Of a stretch of 64,000 nt of DNA, positions 27,813 to 38,146 are shown in pieces. The translations under genes and the position numbers were made by a program. The notes under the pieces were generated by a model that saw nothing but the letters and a program-made list of their open reading frames with translations, did no database searches and was not told where the DNA came from. Position 1 is the first letter of the stretch. Every line of letters starts with the position of its first letter. The DNA comes from a virus (Duplodnaviria; Caudoviricetes), in the IMG/VR virus record IMGVR_UViG_3300015607_004160; one strand, written 5' to 3'.

Positions 27813-28724
27813 TTAAAGCTTTTCTCCTGTTTCAGGATTATAATTCATTATTAAAAGTTCAACACCCTTGGACTTATTTTCTGAAAATGATGATGATGAT
27901 CTATGAAACTCTTTTGATGTCCAATGATATTTATCTTTGGGAAACCATTCTTCCAACTCTTTAAAATAATAGTAAGATAAAGACCATCTTGACTTACATT
28001 TTTGTAATGTCTTTGCCAATCTTTCATGTGACTCATCACCAAATATATTTTTAGATCCATAATCTTGATCATGTGTCCCAATACCATCCGTATATTTGTA
28101 AGGAGGATCTAAGTATAAATAGGTATCTTCTCTATCACATTTATTAATCAGTTCCTCAAAATCTAAATTTTTAATATATGATATACCCGTTAGCTTTTTT
28201 TGAAATTCTTCCTTTTTTAATTTATTTATAAGTGTTGTTAGCTTTAATTTACCAGAACTAGAGAATCCTGAAAATCCAGCTCCCCTTGCGTGACAAGCGT
28301 TAAACGCTGATGTTATCATAAATGAATAAATTACACCCTTTTCGTAGTTTGGTATATCAAAATTTGGATCGTCGTAGAAATCACATTTTTCCGGATTTTT
28401 TGTATTAGTATACAGATCACGATAATATTTTTTAATATCATCTTTATTAGTTTTATTACAATAAAGAAATCCACCTGGTTTAAATGATTTATCAATTTCG
28501 AATATCATCTTATTGTGATCTTTACAACAAGCCATAAAATTGGTCTGCCACTTATTAGCATCATTATAAATGATCCTATCACAATGTGAAAAGTCCTCAT
28601 TAAAATAAATTGCAAAAGATCCGCTGAATACTTCTACATATGTTTTAATATCCTTTGGAATATAAGAATATATCCATTCTGACATAGAGTTCTTGCCTCC
28701 AAAATATCCTGTAAGTGCAGCCAT
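27813..28724 (-). CDS. Dam-like (D12 class) DNA adenine methyltransferase
   Basis: YFGGK, YVEVFSGS, DPPY, ELLIMNY. Confidence 0.9.
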   Translation of the reverse strand: MAALTGYFGGKNSMSEWIYSYIPKDIKTYVEVFSGSFAIYFNEDFSHCDRIIYNDANKWQTNFMACCKDHNKMIFEIDKSFKPGGFLYCNKTNKDDIKKYYRDLYTNTKNPEKCDFYDDPNFDIPNYEKGVIYSFMITSAFNACHARGAGFSGFSSSGKLKLTTLINKLKKEEFQKKLTGISYIKNLDFEELINKCDREDTYLYLDPPYKYTDGIGTHDQDYGSKNIFGDESHERLAKTLQKCKSRWSLSYYYFKELEEWFPKDKYHWTSKEFHRSSSSFSENKSKGVELLIMNYNPETGEKL

Positions 28725-28747
28725 TTTAATTTTTTATTTTATATTTT

Positions 28748-29608
28748 TTATTTTATATACTCTTCTTTTATATAAGTTTTATATTTACTCAATAGTTCTA
28801 TACAATCATTATCCATATTATTATGTCTTGATATATTCATTCTTTTATTATAAGGTCTTAAATTCTCTAAAGAGTTTACAATTTCACAGGGAGTATCATC
28901 TTTAAAATAGCTCAAATGTATTATATGATCTATATGCCAATTTGTACCATAGTTATCCCAATTCATATCATCAACAAACAAATTTGATAAGTGATTTTTT
29001 ATTTCCTCTGTTGAATATTTTAGTAAATTAAGTGTTTTATCATTCTTTTTTATATTTTTCCTAAGTAAATACCCTTTTAGTATATTTCTCCATGCTTTTA
29101 CATGAGGATTTTTATTAAGCCTACTGTAATGTAATGAATTTCTACATAACCTACATATATGTTTATATCTACCATTTTTTACTAAAAATTCATCTAAACT
29201 ATTATCTAAATTACATTTGATACAATTGATATATCCCCTTTCTTTAACTTCATTTGTAATAATATCATATTTATCTCTAATGGTTTCCTTCAAGAGTTTT
29301 GTATTTACATAGTTTTTATTTCCATATCTCTCTAAATTTGTTTTTTTTATTTTGAATTGTGCGCATATTGTGGAGCAGGTATATATACCATATTTAGAAA
29401 TATTTTTATTGTATTTTTGATAGAAAATGATCTTTTCCTGATTACAAATATCACATTTCACCAATATTTTTAAATTTGATTCTTTTGGTAGATGTTCAAT
29501 CGGGACAATAATTGATTGATTACATTTTATATTATCATATCCAATTGATGTATAATGATTTATGTTGAAATGGCTTATAGTCGTTTTTATTTCTTTACTT
29601 AAAATCAT
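28748..29608 (-). CDS. putative HNH homing endonuclease
   Basis: CxxC pairs, WDNYG..WHIDHI..NLRP..N. Confidence 0.7.
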   Translation of the reverse strand: MILSKEIKTTISHFNINHYTSIGYDNIKCNQSIIVPIEHLPKESNLKILVKCDICNQEKIIFYQKYNKNISKYGIYTCSTICAQFKIKKTNLERYGNKNYVNTKLLKETIRDKYDIITNEVKERGYINCIKCNLDNSLDEFLVKNGRYKHICRLCRNSLHYSRLNKNPHVKAWRNILKGYLLRKNIKKNDKTLNLLKYSTEEIKNHLSNLFVDDMNWDNYGTNWHIDHIIHLSYFKDDTPCEIVNSLENLRPYNKRMNISRHNNMDNDCIELLSKYKTYIKEEYIK

Positions 29609-29662
29609 AACTTATTTTCTTTTTAGTACTATAATTATATATTAAAAATAACTTATTCCCTT

Positions 29663-29836
29663 ATGGAAAAATACAAAGAAATTAAAAAAATATCCAGAAA
29701 GAGATATAACTCTGATAAGACTTACATTCAGGTATCAAAAAGTTTACATAAAAAAATTAAGGAATACTGTCTGAATAATAATTTGAAGATGAAAGACTTC
29801 ATATCACACTCATTAGAAAAGTCAATAAAAGATTAA
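29663..29836 (+). CDS. small ribbon-helix-helix-like DNA-binding protein (57 aa, not in ORF track)
   Basis: TYIQVSKSLHKKIKEYCLNNNLKMKDFISHSLEKSI. Confidence 0.6.
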   Translation: MEKYKEIKKISRKRYNSDKTYIQVSKSLHKKIKEYCLNNNLKMKDFISHSLEKSIKD

Positions 29837-30072
29837 TAAACTATAATTATCTCCTCAGCTAATATGTGAACGGTTACTTCTGATACTTTGGCTAAATACT
29901 CAACTATTTCACTTGAAATTTTATAAACTTCAGATATAGTTTTTAAATGACAAGAAGCATTACTATTTCCAATTTTTTTAATTAGAATTTTAATTATATT
30001 TCTACCATCATATTTCATGGATTCTTTTTCTGCTGGTATCTTATCGTATAAATGTTTTATAAAATTATCCAT
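29833..30072 (-). CDS. hypothetical protein
   Basis: 79-aa ORF coupled to upstream gene. Confidence 0.55.
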   Translation of the reverse strand: MDNFIKHLYDKIPAEKESMKYDGRNIIKILIKKIGNSNASCHLKTISEVYKISSEIVEYLAKVSEVTVHILAEEIIIVY

Positions 30073-31465
30073 TTTTATGTTTATATTTTATGCCACTCCA
30101 GTTTATATCAGGTAGCTCTTTTTTAACCATAGATGTTACTTTATTTACCCATTTTGAATTATCGTCATAAAATTCAACTTTTTTAAATCCTGACTTTTTT
30201 ATAAGATCAACTATTGTTTTAGCCTTCCATAATGCTACTTTATCACTTGTTTGAGCCTTTGCTGGATAACAATGTAATCCATAATTTGGCATTTCTAAAT
30301 TAAATTTATTCAAAGAATCAACTATTTTATCTTTTATGTCATTTGCTCTACCAGTAACTATAGCTTTATTCTCCACACTATTATAAAATTCTGATAAATT
30401 TGTTGTATCTATTGGTAGGCTCATATCTGTAAAATAAAACCTATCAGGAGGAATTAAATAAACCCTTTTCCCCTTTCTAACCCAATTTCCCTTAACCTCT
30501 ATTTCTTGATTAGGATCATCAACATATATCTTACCATTTTCCCATCTTAATTTATCCATTGTTACCCCAATTCTTCTATTTGAAGATTGTAATAATGAAC
30601 GAATAGTAACATCTTCTTTAAGATATTCAATTGCCAATTCTTCAAATCTTGGATTTAAAACTAATGTATCATCAAAATCAAATATGTATAAAGTATCGTC
30701 CTTTTTTGATTCTAATAAATAATGGCTAGTTGCGGATGGATTTATAACAATAATTTTAATAAATTTAAATTTTTGATTATATGGTTTACTTGGAGATATA
30801 TTTTCTTCAATGATTGATTTATATCCAAATTTATTTATTCTATTAACATAATTTTTAATATTAGGCAAAGTACCATTTATTATAATTTCCACCTCGAATT
30901 TTTTTGGAATAAATTTATAATCATATTCTTTCATATCATTTATTGGTGTTAATATTCCAACTTTATTTAATTTGTATTCATCAACATATGTTTGAAATAA
31001 ATCTTTTATATCATCAAACCATTTATTTTTAGTATCTATTACTGACTCATTTACTTTATTGGTAACACCTTTAATTGTTAAAAGTTTAGACAATCCATCT
31101 AATTGATCACAGTAATAATACTCACCATGTCTATTTGAATATTTAATGTCGTCGGTATTACATACCTCAACTATAAAATATTCATCTCTCTTCTTAGATA
31201 TTATATACGTTTTATCTTTCCCAATGATCATAATTTGCGGAGCTTGATTTGAATACCCACGCTCATCATCCTTAAAAATATGAGAATTGTTTATTCTATA
31301 TTCTACTTTGTAGTCTTTGGATATTAAATTTAGGAGAAATTCATAATCACTTTTATAGAACTTTACCAAATTATTGAATCGTTCATAATATTGTGAATTT
31401 GTCAATGATCCACAATAAAATTCAGATGATGACTCATTAAATTGAGAAAAATTTCGTATCTTCAT
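30065..31465 (-). CDS. multidomain protein: CTS leader, CDQxDGL domain, IxDxF domain, HAD phosphatase
   Basis: Start MKIRNFSQFNES behind TAATATATA (31471-31479); FDFDDTL, TGR, K, YDDN HAD motifs. Confidence 0.75.
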   Translation of the reverse strand: MKIRNFSQFNESSSEFYCGSLTNSQYYERFNNLVKFYKSDYEFLLNLISKDYKVEYRINNSHIFKDDERGYSNQAPQIMIIGKDKTYIISKKRDEYFIVEVCNTDDIKYSNRHGEYYYCDQLDGLSKLLTIKGVTNKVNESVIDTKNKWFDDIKDLFQTYVDEYKLNKVGILTPINDMKEYDYKFIPKKFEVEIIINGTLPNIKNYVNRINKFGYKSIIEENISPSKPYNQKFKFIKIIVINPSATSHYLLESKKDDTLYIFDFDDTLVLNPRFEELAIEYLKEDVTIRSLLQSSNRRIGVTMDKLRWENGKIYVDDPNQEIEVKGNWVRKGKRVYLIPPDRFYFTDMSLPIDTTNLSEFYNSVENKAIVTGRANDIKDKIVDSLNKFNLEMPNYGLHCYPAKAQTSDKVALWKAKTIVDLIKKSGFKKVEFYDDNSKWVNKVTSMVKKELPDINWSGIKYKHKNG

Positions 31466-31516
31466 ATGTCTATATATTAAATTAAACATCTAATTACTTT
31501 TTACATATATTATTGT

Positions 31517-33175
31517 ATGTCAGACATAAGAAAAGATATGGTAAAGTTCACACCAAGAGAGGAACAAGAAAGGGTTAATGACTTTATCTTCAAAGTCAAG
31601 AAAGAAAGTCCAGATATGAAATTTTTTCTTTTAAATCTACCAACAGGTGTTGGGAAAAGTCATCTGGCTATGATGATAGCTAATTCTTACATTAATAAAG
31701 TTGATAATGGAGCTAAAGTAGATATAATTACAGCAAGTAAAATTCTACAAGATCAATATGCAGATACATATGAATCTATTAGTGATTTAAAAGGTAAAGA
31801 AAATTATAAATGTAGTCAATATGCCTGTAGTTGTGCTCAAGGTATGGAATTCAACAAGTTAAATAAGACAAAATGTGATTTTTGTCCTTATGATAGTGCC
31901 AAACAAGGATATATTGGTGGTAAAGTTTCTTTAACTAATTTCTATCTATATTTAATATATGCTATTTATAGTCCTAAAATATTAGAAAGTAGAGGATCAA
32001 AAGTATTAATTGTTGATGAAGCGCATGAATTTGATGATGTTATGAGTGACTTCATTTCTATAAAAATGACAGAAGGCATAATTAAAAGAATGAAATTTAC
32101 TAATGAATATCAAATTCTTAAAGATTTCAATAAAGTTAAAAATATAAAAGGCTACATAGAATTTTTAACACAACTAAACATTGAAATTGTTGAAACAATA
32201 GATGCTATTGATAAATCAATGGAAGGAGGAAGAAGTCCTTTGGCAGACAAACGAGATCTAAAAATTGCTAAAATAACTGGTGGGGCGAATCAAGATTTAA
32301 AATTATTTCAAATAATAGCTGATCTAAAACAATATCAATTAAAAATTGAAATCTTCTTAAAAGAATATAAGGAAAATCCGGATAACTGGGTACTAGAAAC
32401 ATCAGTGAATCCGAAAACAAATCAAAATGAATTGTCATTAGAACCAATATGGGCTTATGACTATTTAAATAAATATGTTTGGGGTAATTATGACATGGTT
32501 ATCCTAATGTCTGGGACAATCCTAAATAAGCAAATATTTACCACTCTAAATGGTATAGATGTTTCAAAGTCGGCGTATTATTCTATGCCTTCTCCATTCC
32601 CCGCAAAAAACAGACCTATTTATTATATGCCTGTTGGAAAAATGAGTTACACTCAGAAAGAAGAAACTTTTAAAAAATATGTACCTTTTATTGATAAATT
32701 ATTAAATAAATATAAAGGCAAAAAAGGAATTATACATACCAATTCATTTGAGTTAGCTGATTGGATTAAAAATGATGTTGGAAATAGTAGATTAGTATTT
32801 CATACATCTGAAGATAAAAACGAAGCATTACAAAATCATTTTGATTCAGAAGATGATACGGTAATTGTTAGTCCATCCATGGGTACTGGTGTTTCCTTTG
32901 ATCATGATAAAAGTAGATTCCAAATAATTGCTAAAGTTCCATATCCAAGTTTAGCATCACAGAAGAATAAGCTAAGACAAAAAAATAATCCAGAGTGGTA
33001 TGCTTGGAAAACGGTTTGTGGATTATTACAGATGACAGGTCGTTCTGTAAGAAGTAAAACAGACCATGCAGACACTATAATTATTGATGGATCTTTCTCT
33101 GATGTATTAAGATATAGTTCTCAATATATTCCTAATTGGGTACAAGAGTCAATTAAGAAAATAGATGTAAAGTAA
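31517..33175 (+). CDS. DinG/XPD-family SF2 helicase
   Basis: PTGVGKS, Cys cluster (Fe-S), DEAH, MSGT, QMTGRSVR. Confidence 0.88.
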   Translation: MSDIRKDMVKFTPREEQERVNDFIFKVKKESPDMKFFLLNLPTGVGKSHLAMMIANSYINKVDNGAKVDIITASKILQDQYADTYESISDLKGKENYKCSQYACSCAQGMEFNKLNKTKCDFCPYDSAKQGYIGGKVSLTNFYLYLIYAIYSPKILESRGSKVLIVDEAHEFDDVMSDFISIKMTEGIIKRMKFTNEYQILKDFNKVKNIKGYIEFLTQLNIEIVETIDAIDKSMEGGRSPLADKRDLKIAKITGGANQDLKLFQIIADLKQYQLKIEIFLKEYKENPDNWVLETSVNPKTNQNELSLEPIWAYDYLNKYVWGNYDMVILMSGTILNKQIFTTLNGIDVSKSAYYSMPSPFPAKNRPIYYMPVGKMSYTQKEETFKKYVPFIDKLLNKYKGKKGIIHTNSFELADWIKNDVGNSRLVFHTSEDKNEALQNHFDSEDDTVIVSPSMGTGVSFDHDKSRFQIIAKVPYPSLASQKNKLRQKNNPEWYAWKTVCGLLQMTGRSVRSKTDHADTIIIDGSFSDVLRYSSQYIPNWVQESIKKIDVK

Positions 33176-33211
33176 TTAACTTACCACAATTGAAATTTAT
33201 TACGTTAATAT

Positions 33212-33240
33212 AAAAAAAAGCCACTTAAAAAAAGTGGCTT
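33212..33240 (-). terminator. intrinsic terminator
   Basis: AAGCCACTT/AAGTGGCTT hairpin with a T-run on the minus strand, between convergent genes. Confidence 0.75.
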
Positions 33241-33264
33241 GGTTATATTTTTAAAATTAGCAGT

Positions 33265-33567
33265 TTACTTTTGTTTAGCTAAAATTGCTTTTTGAAAAGC
33301 TTCTGGTAATTTCTTTTGTTTAGCGGTTAATCCCTTTTTCTTTACATGCTTATCTTCTTTATCTTCCTTTTCTTTCTTTGGTGCTTTCTTTTTTTCAGTA
33401 ACACTCTCCCCTTGACAATTTTTGCAATCACATTCATCACAATCACATTCATCACAATTGCAATTACAGTCAGGACATTTTTCATTAAAAACTTCCTCAT
33501 CTAAAAGTTCTTCAACTGCGTATGCTTTATTAATTCCGAATGTCTCAAACGTTTTTAAATATTTCAT
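33265..33567 (-). CDS. small Cys-rich basic protein, CTS-like N-terminus
   Basis: MKYLKTFETF; CPDCNCNCDECDCDECDCKNC; Lys-rich tail. Confidence 0.75.
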   Translation of the reverse strand: MKYLKTFETFGINKAYAVEELLDEEVFNEKCPDCNCNCDECDCDECDCKNCQGESVTEKKKAPKKEKEDKEDKHVKKKGLTAKQKKLPEAFQKAILAKQK

Positions 33568-33640
33568 AATTTTTTATTTGTTTTTGTATATTATATATTA
33601 GATTTGAAAAATCAAAAAGATTTTCTTAATATATACTCAT

Positions 33641-34444
33641 ATGAAACTTTTAAGATATTCTGATCACAGTAAGACCATAGATATGGCAGAAGAATTTCTA
33701 AATATTATTGGAAATGATACAATAAATGAATCTGAAAAGACAGAATATGATACTGTTCTTAAAAAGATAGTAAGCGACTTAAAGTTAAACGTTCAAATGA
33801 TTTTAACATTTGGGGTGGGTATGCAGTCAATGTTTCCTGTAGTAAACAAATTAGTTGCCAATATGAGTCTGAATATAGACTTGACACCAGAAACAATTGT
33901 TTTAATGACAATTGCTGGAATGACAATTGCCTATTTAGAAGAGCATAAAGAATTACAAGAAAGAAAAAAGTTAGAAAAGGATGCTAAATCCATGTTAGAA
34001 GAACTAAAACTAAGAGGAGTCGGAAATGGAATTGTCAAAAAATTAGTATCGTGTATTAAATCAATGGGTAACATATTTAAAATACTATTCAAAAATAAAA
34101 GACATGTTATAAATGGATTCTTTGATATGTTTGGATATACATCGCTTTTAATGCCTGTATTAAATGCTATTTCTTATATGATTGGTAAATATGATATGAA
34201 TCTAGAAACCTTGCCATCTAATTTCTTATCATTAGGATTAGGAGTAACTACCCTCGCCGCAAAGCATGGATTGAATTATCTAATTGATTTACTAAAGGAT
34301 AAGTTAAAAATAAATAAAAAAGACATATTCAAACATGTCAATGATGTTGATGACCCTATATTAAAAAAGTATCCACATCCTGAATATATAGATGTAGATT
34401 ATGATAATATAGAAAACGATAAATTAATTAAAGAACATGATTAG
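33641..34444 (+). CDS. hypothetical protein with hydrophobic helices
   Basis: TAATATATA at 33627-33635; MKLLRYSD..INES. Confidence 0.75.
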   Translation: MKLLRYSDHSKTIDMAEEFLNIIGNDTINESEKTEYDTVLKKIVSDLKLNVQMILTFGVGMQSMFPVVNKLVANMSLNIDLTPETIVLMTIAGMTIAYLEEHKELQERKKLEKDAKSMLEELKLRGVGNGIVKKLVSCIKSMGNIFKILFKNKRHVINGFFDMFGYTSLLMPVLNAISYMIGKYDMNLETLPSNFLSLGLGVTTLAAKHGLNYLIDLLKDKLKINKKDIFKHVNDVDDPILKKYPHPEYIDVDYDNIENDKLIKEHD

Positions 34445-36650
34445 TAAATATAGTAATTTTTTAATTGACAAATTATTAGAATCAGTGATGGTTAGTTCTG
34501 CTGATTTTCTATCTATTCTAAATGGTATGACTAACACTGCAATTGGTAATAAGCTATATGGTGTAATTGTTGGAGAGCATGATGTTAAAACAAACTATAA
34601 CTTAATAGGACTATCTGATAAAAATGATGAAATTTCATTTCTACCAGATAGTCAATATCAAAGATTTAAAGAAAAGGGTGAAAATCCATGGACTAAAACC
34701 AAAAGCAAATCTAAGATTGGTCGAATGGTTCGTCAGTTATTAATGGATAATGGATCCAATGTAACAGATGCTCAAATTGAGGAATTTGTTAATCAATTTA
34801 AGGCAGAGTGGGATAAGAGAAATTCTACAAATAGAAAAATAGAAATAGTTAATGGTGATAAGATATTGTATTGGTATAATCAAGATCACTATTATGGAAG
34901 TGGTGGAACACTAGGCAACTCATGTATGAGATTTCCTGAAAAGAATAAATACATGAAAATATATGCATCTAATCCAAATAAAATATCTATGGTCATACTA
35001 ACCGAGGATAATAAATTGATAGCAAGGGCCTTATTATGGAAATTAGATCAATCAACAAATGGTAAAAAAATATACTTAGATAGGGTCTATTATAAAAATG
35101 ATAGCGATTATAGATATGTGCATGATTGGGTCTTCGAAAACATTGCCAAAGGAGATGAAAACATATTTGCGTCACACTCGAAAATTGGAGGTGGCGAAAT
35201 GATGTGTAAATTAGAAAATGTTAAGTTTGATGAATATCCTTACGCTGATACTTTTAACTGCTTATATAAAAGATTAGAAGGAGGTAAAATAACAGGAGAT
35301 GGAATGGTATCAAATGTCAATAAAAGTAGTGAATATCCTAATTTTGTTATATCTGAATTATTAGATACTGCTGGAAGGGAAGACATAAAAACACATAGAT
35401 ATTCAGTTAGTCTAGACGTTTATATAAAGAGAGATGATGCTGTTTTTATAGAATCATTAGACTCATATATTTATAAAAAGGATGCAAAATATAGCAATTA
35501 TACCGGATCATATTATTTGGAGAAAGAAGTTATTTACTCTAAAGCAATGGACGATTGGATTCCTAATAAAATTGCTGTGGATCATCCAAAATATGGAGTA
35601 ATACCTACCAGCTACTTAGTTGACGTTATAACCGAATACATTGGTACCAAAACTACAACATTGGGTATTTATCATGATATGCGTAATTACCAATCCTGTA
35701 CAAAATCAGAAAAGATGCTTAAAAATGGAGATGAATATTTCCGTGCTACAAATAGCCCGGTTTATTCTGCTAGAAATTATGATGTGAAACTTAAGATATC
35801 TGATATATGGGGATATAACTATCCAAATTTCATTTGCTTTAAGGTATATAAAGTTAAAGATCAAGATGAATTTTCAAAAATTGTTGACGAACTTAAAATA
35901 CCATACACATCAAGAAATGATTATTTTATAACCAAAGAAACATCAGATTTTTTTAATATTCCGGTTGAAGAGACAGATAGATATGTTTATCCTACTGACT
36001 ATATTGAAAGGTTAGATATTAATTTTTATTTTGATTATCTTAAAATAAAAGATGAAATAAAAGCATCTGAGGAAATAACAATTAAATATGATGAATTTAT
36101 GAAGGAGTTACATGATTTTAGATATCAAACAGATGGCTCATATAGGCAAAATGTAAATGATCAAAAAATAAGTAAAAAAATAGGTAAAGAGAAATATGAA
36201 ATATTAAAAGAAATTGTAGGTAACTCGATTGATGAGGTAGTAAAAAATATTGATCCAATTAGATTTAAACGTATGTTAGAAGACATCGGATCTAATAGCC
36301 TGAATGATGGTGAAATAACAATCATGATGAAGCTTATGCCACTATCATATATATATTATATGCTTACTGATAGTTGGAACTCTTCATATAGAGAAGTGAG
36401 AAATTTTTTATATTCAAAAAATGATTCTATTTCAAGGAATGTTGCAGAAGTCGCATCAGCATTAACCATTTATGAATTAGGAAATATGATTCGTAGTGTA
36501 TTTGATAGAAATTTAGACAAACTTATAAATGATTCAAAACTAGAAATAGATATTTCTGATTTTAAGTCCTACTTATTATCAAATTATAGTAAGGATAAAT
36601 TATATAAAGTATATTCTGATTTAGATTTAGGAATTGATACCTCAAAATAA
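34437..36650 (+). CDS. SCM-motif family protein 3, CTS-like N-terminus
   Basis: MISKYSNFLIDKLLES; GTLGNSCMR, RALLW, YLDRVYY, YPYADTF. Confidence 0.8.
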   Translation: MISKYSNFLIDKLLESVMVSSADFLSILNGMTNTAIGNKLYGVIVGEHDVKTNYNLIGLSDKNDEISFLPDSQYQRFKEKGENPWTKTKSKSKIGRMVRQLLMDNGSNVTDAQIEEFVNQFKAEWDKRNSTNRKIEIVNGDKILYWYNQDHYYGSGGTLGNSCMRFPEKNKYMKIYASNPNKISMVILTEDNKLIARALLWKLDQSTNGKKIYLDRVYYKNDSDYRYVHDWVFENIAKGDENIFASHSKIGGGEMMCKLENVKFDEYPYADTFNCLYKRLEGGKITGDGMVSNVNKSSEYPNFVISELLDTAGREDIKTHRYSVSLDVYIKRDDAVFIESLDSYIYKKDAKYSNYTGSYYLEKEVIYSKAMDDWIPNKIAVDHPKYGVIPTSYLVDVITEYIGTKTTTLGIYHDMRNYQSCTKSEKMLKNGDEYFRATNSPVYSARNYDVKLKISDIWGYNYPNFICFKVYKVKDQDEFSKIVDELKIPYTSRNDYFITKETSDFFNIPVEETDRYVYPTDYIERLDINFYFDYLKIKDEIKASEEITIKYDEFMKELHDFRYQTDGSYRQNVNDQKISKKIGKEKYEILKEIVGNSIDEVVKNIDPIRFKRMLEDIGSNSLNDGEITIMMKLMPLSYIYYMLTDSWNSSYREVRNFLYSKNDSISRNVAEVASALTIYELGNMIRSVFDRNLDKLINDSKLEIDISDFKSYLLSNYSKDKLYKVYSDLDLGIDTSK

Positions 36651-36767
36651 TTTTTATTCGGATTTTTAGAAAAATAAGACATTAATCTCGGTCATTCATT
36701 TTAGGAAGAAATATATAATAAACTTAAATTTTTTCTACCTATATAATATAAAAACTATGCAAAAAGA

Positions 36768-38108
36768 ATGACCATATCTCTCGAAAAAATATTTTTCGCT
36801 TATATACTCAACAATAAAAAATACTTCGAGATAGTAGAACCCTTTTATTTTAAAAATAACGAAATACAATTTGTATATAATGTTATTAGGAAATATATGC
36901 TTAAAAATATTGAAGTAGATATTCCTACACCTAAACAAATACTTGAAATGGTCTCTTTGGAAGATAAAGAAGGACTTATTACTAAAGATATACTTAAAGC
37001 TATTTTAACTACAACATTAAAAGACTATGATGAAAACAATTTCATTGTTCCTAAAATGAATGCATGGATTTTATCCAATAGAATAAAAAGTGGAACTATT
37101 GATATTATTGATGAAACTAGAAACTTAGATGCAATAACTGATTTTGAAGAAGCGGTTTTATCAGCAAATAAGATTAAAGGAATTGTTGACCAAATGTCTA
37201 ATACAAGTTTTGTACATGATGAGGATATGGGAACCGATTTTGATGACGCGGAATCACACATACAGGATACTGCAAAATTTAAAGTTAGATCTGGATTTGA
37301 AACAATAGACCATATGTTGGGTGGTGGATGGGATATTCAAACGCTCAATGTGGTTATGGCGGAAACCAACAATGGTAAATCACTATGGATGCAAAATTTT
37401 GCTGCTAGGTCCGCTGATATGGGATATAATGTTCTTTATATAACATTAGAGATGAGTGAACGCAAGGTCCTTAAAAGGATAGGATCTATGAGATTAAAAA
37501 TACCTATTAACGACTATGATAGAATATCAAAAGATACAGAATCAATTAAGAGAAAGATACAGAGTTTAAAAAGTTCATCCAATGGAATTGGCGATGATAT
37601 TTTCGAAAAGAAAGTTGGAAAAATTATGACAAAGTTCTGGGCTGCTGGAACTGCTACTGTTAATGAATTTGATAGTTATATAACCAAATTAAGGGAGAAA
37701 AAAGGTATCAAAATTGATTTGGTTATTGTAGACTACATTACTTTAATAGCTCCACAAAAAGGAATGAGTACAGATAATCTATACTCCAAAGGTAAGTCAT
37801 TGGCTGAAGGGCTAAGAGCAATTGCTGCGAAATATAAAATACCATTAATAACTGGAGTTCAAGTGTCTAAGGATGCATGGAATTCTAATGATATAACACT
37901 AGAGCAAGTTCCTGAGTCAAAAGCAATTGCTGAAACAGCGGATACCTTCTTTGCTATAATAAGAACAGAGGAAATGAAGCGTCAGAATCTCTATAGATTT
38001 AAATTATTAAAACAAAGAGATGGTGACTTTTTAAAATCCCAAGTTAGAATTAATTTAAATCCGGTTTATCTAACATTAGAAAATGATGTCTTTTTAGATT
38101 CTATGTAA
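36768..38108 (+). CDS. replicative DNA helicase (DnaB / T4 gp41-like)
   Basis: Walker A AETNNGKS, ITLEMSE, VVDY, ES.AI..TAD, KQR. Confidence 0.9.
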   Translation: MTISLEKIFFAYILNNKKYFEIVEPFYFKNNEIQFVYNVIRKYMLKNIEVDIPTPKQILEMVSLEDKEGLITKDILKAILTTTLKDYDENNFIVPKMNAWILSNRIKSGTIDIIDETRNLDAITDFEEAVLSANKIKGIVDQMSNTSFVHDEDMGTDFDDAESHIQDTAKFKVRSGFETIDHMLGGGWDIQTLNVVMAETNNGKSLWMQNFAARSADMGYNVLYITLEMSERKVLKRIGSMRLKIPINDYDRISKDTESIKRKIQSLKSSSNGIGDDIFEKKVGKIMTKFWAAGTATVNEFDSYITKLREKKGIKIDLVIVDYITLIAPQKGMSTDNLYSKGKSLAEGLRAIAAKYKIPLITGVQVSKDAWNSNDITLEQVPESKAIAETADTFFAIIRTEEMKRQNLYRFKLLKQRDGDFLKSQVRINLNPVYLTLENDVFLDSM

Positions 38109-38146
38109 ACATAACCTAAAGATATAATATAATTAAAAAATAACTA

